Shown here: positions 19,221-20,000 of the stretch, one piece after another | Layout: every line of letters starts with the position of its first letter | Position numbering within the stretch: position 1 is the first letter of the stretch | Position numbers and translations under genes: made by a program | The notes under the pieces: model-generated | Seen by the model: only the letters and a program-made list of their open reading frames with translations | Database searches by the model: none | What the model was told of the DNA's origin: nothing | From: Catajapyx aquilonaris | Taxonomy: Eukaryota | Assembly: GCA_000934665.2 (NCBI GenBank) | Contig: JYFJ02001627.1 | Coordinates: 54,330-74,329 of the forward strand | Length of the DNA: 20,000 bases | Reading direction: 5' to 3'

Positions 19221-20000
19221 TCCGACGTGCTTGGAGGATTCCACTGTACTCTGTCAGTTACAGCATTCACCTAAGCTTGTGCGACCTTGAACCCCCCCCC
19301 CCATGTTTTAATTACATAGTAATAATAGAAAGGAGGAATCACACCCTACCCAGACGGCGCCAGACGGATTAGTGTAATTAGTTAATCCCTTGTAATCCGG
19401 ATTAGCGATAATCCTTTGACATGCCGCCCAATTAGTATGTCGCGTGTCGCGTATGAACCTACTCGTAGACGTGTTGCACCGGCGGTATGTCGCGTGCCTA
19501 GATAAAAGGAATTGCAGGTGTAATTAGCCAAAGAGGCCTTACCACCTGTGGGCAACAAACCAACAATGTCCGGCTCCCAGATCCATACAGTCTGGGGCCG
19601 GGGCATACGAAACGTTCCAAGTCAATATTGTCCCAAGGAAGAACCGGAGCCGAAGCCCCAGGCCCCCGGAACCAGCATTAGCCCAAGCCCCCCCTGGGCC
19701 AGCGCCCAGGGGGACCAAACCTCCTACCCACACACACCAACAGCCCAATAAAAACCACAAACAATCTTATGACTAATCATGGAAAATAAAGAAACGACAA
19801 CCCTCTCAGACCCCACAACCGCCCCTCAACCGCAAAAGACAGACAACCTCCCGCCCCCCAACAACTAATGCTCCAACAAAATGTCCTCAACCCTCCTATG
19901 CTCTCCCGCCAACTCCAATCGCAGCCGACGACATCAATCATGGATCGAGGACAGAAACTTGTCAGCCGCCAAACAAAAACGACTAAGTGACGCCCAGTGA
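19221..20000 (+). mobile_element. Probable 5' end (UTR plus broken Pro/Thr-rich ORF1 start) of a non-LTR retrotransposon
   Basis: Abrupt change after (AAT)n; TCAGTT initiator-like motif near 19254; strongly A/C-biased + strand with interrupted Pro/Thr-rich frames (MENKETTTLSDPTTAPQPQK.. from 19779). No RT or zinc knuckle within the window. Confidence 0.4.

Overview
Eukaryotic, repeat-dense genomic DNA, almost certainly from an arthropod (TTAGG repeat, insect-type tRNA SINEs; a polyneopteran insect such as a cricket or cockroach relative is an inference). The only host gene is on the + strand: the last coding exons (8861-9241, 10511-10602, 13302-13616) of a single-pass membrane protein with a PDVIP motif and a C-terminal PDZ ligand ESCV, consistent with the Sidestep/nephrin-like Ig family. 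Its upstream exons were not found. Nearly everything else is transposon-derived. This includes a heavily decayed Polinton/Maverick-type protein-primed DNA polymerase B (1-2715, -) split by a (TTAGG)5 insertion with an 8-bp duplication, a decayed piggyBac transposase (about 14650-15890, -), three tRNA SINEs, and MITEs of hAT, P-like, Kolobok-like, PIF/Harbinger and Tc1/mariner type. The most unusual structure lies in the last intron: a ~2.1-kb segment bounded by long degenerate inverted repeats (10737-12855). It carries an antisense, apparently intron-containing small orphan gene, a possible MULE transposase remnant and a convergent His/Cys-rich ORF fragment. All protein-family calls are from motif reading by eye, not database searches.
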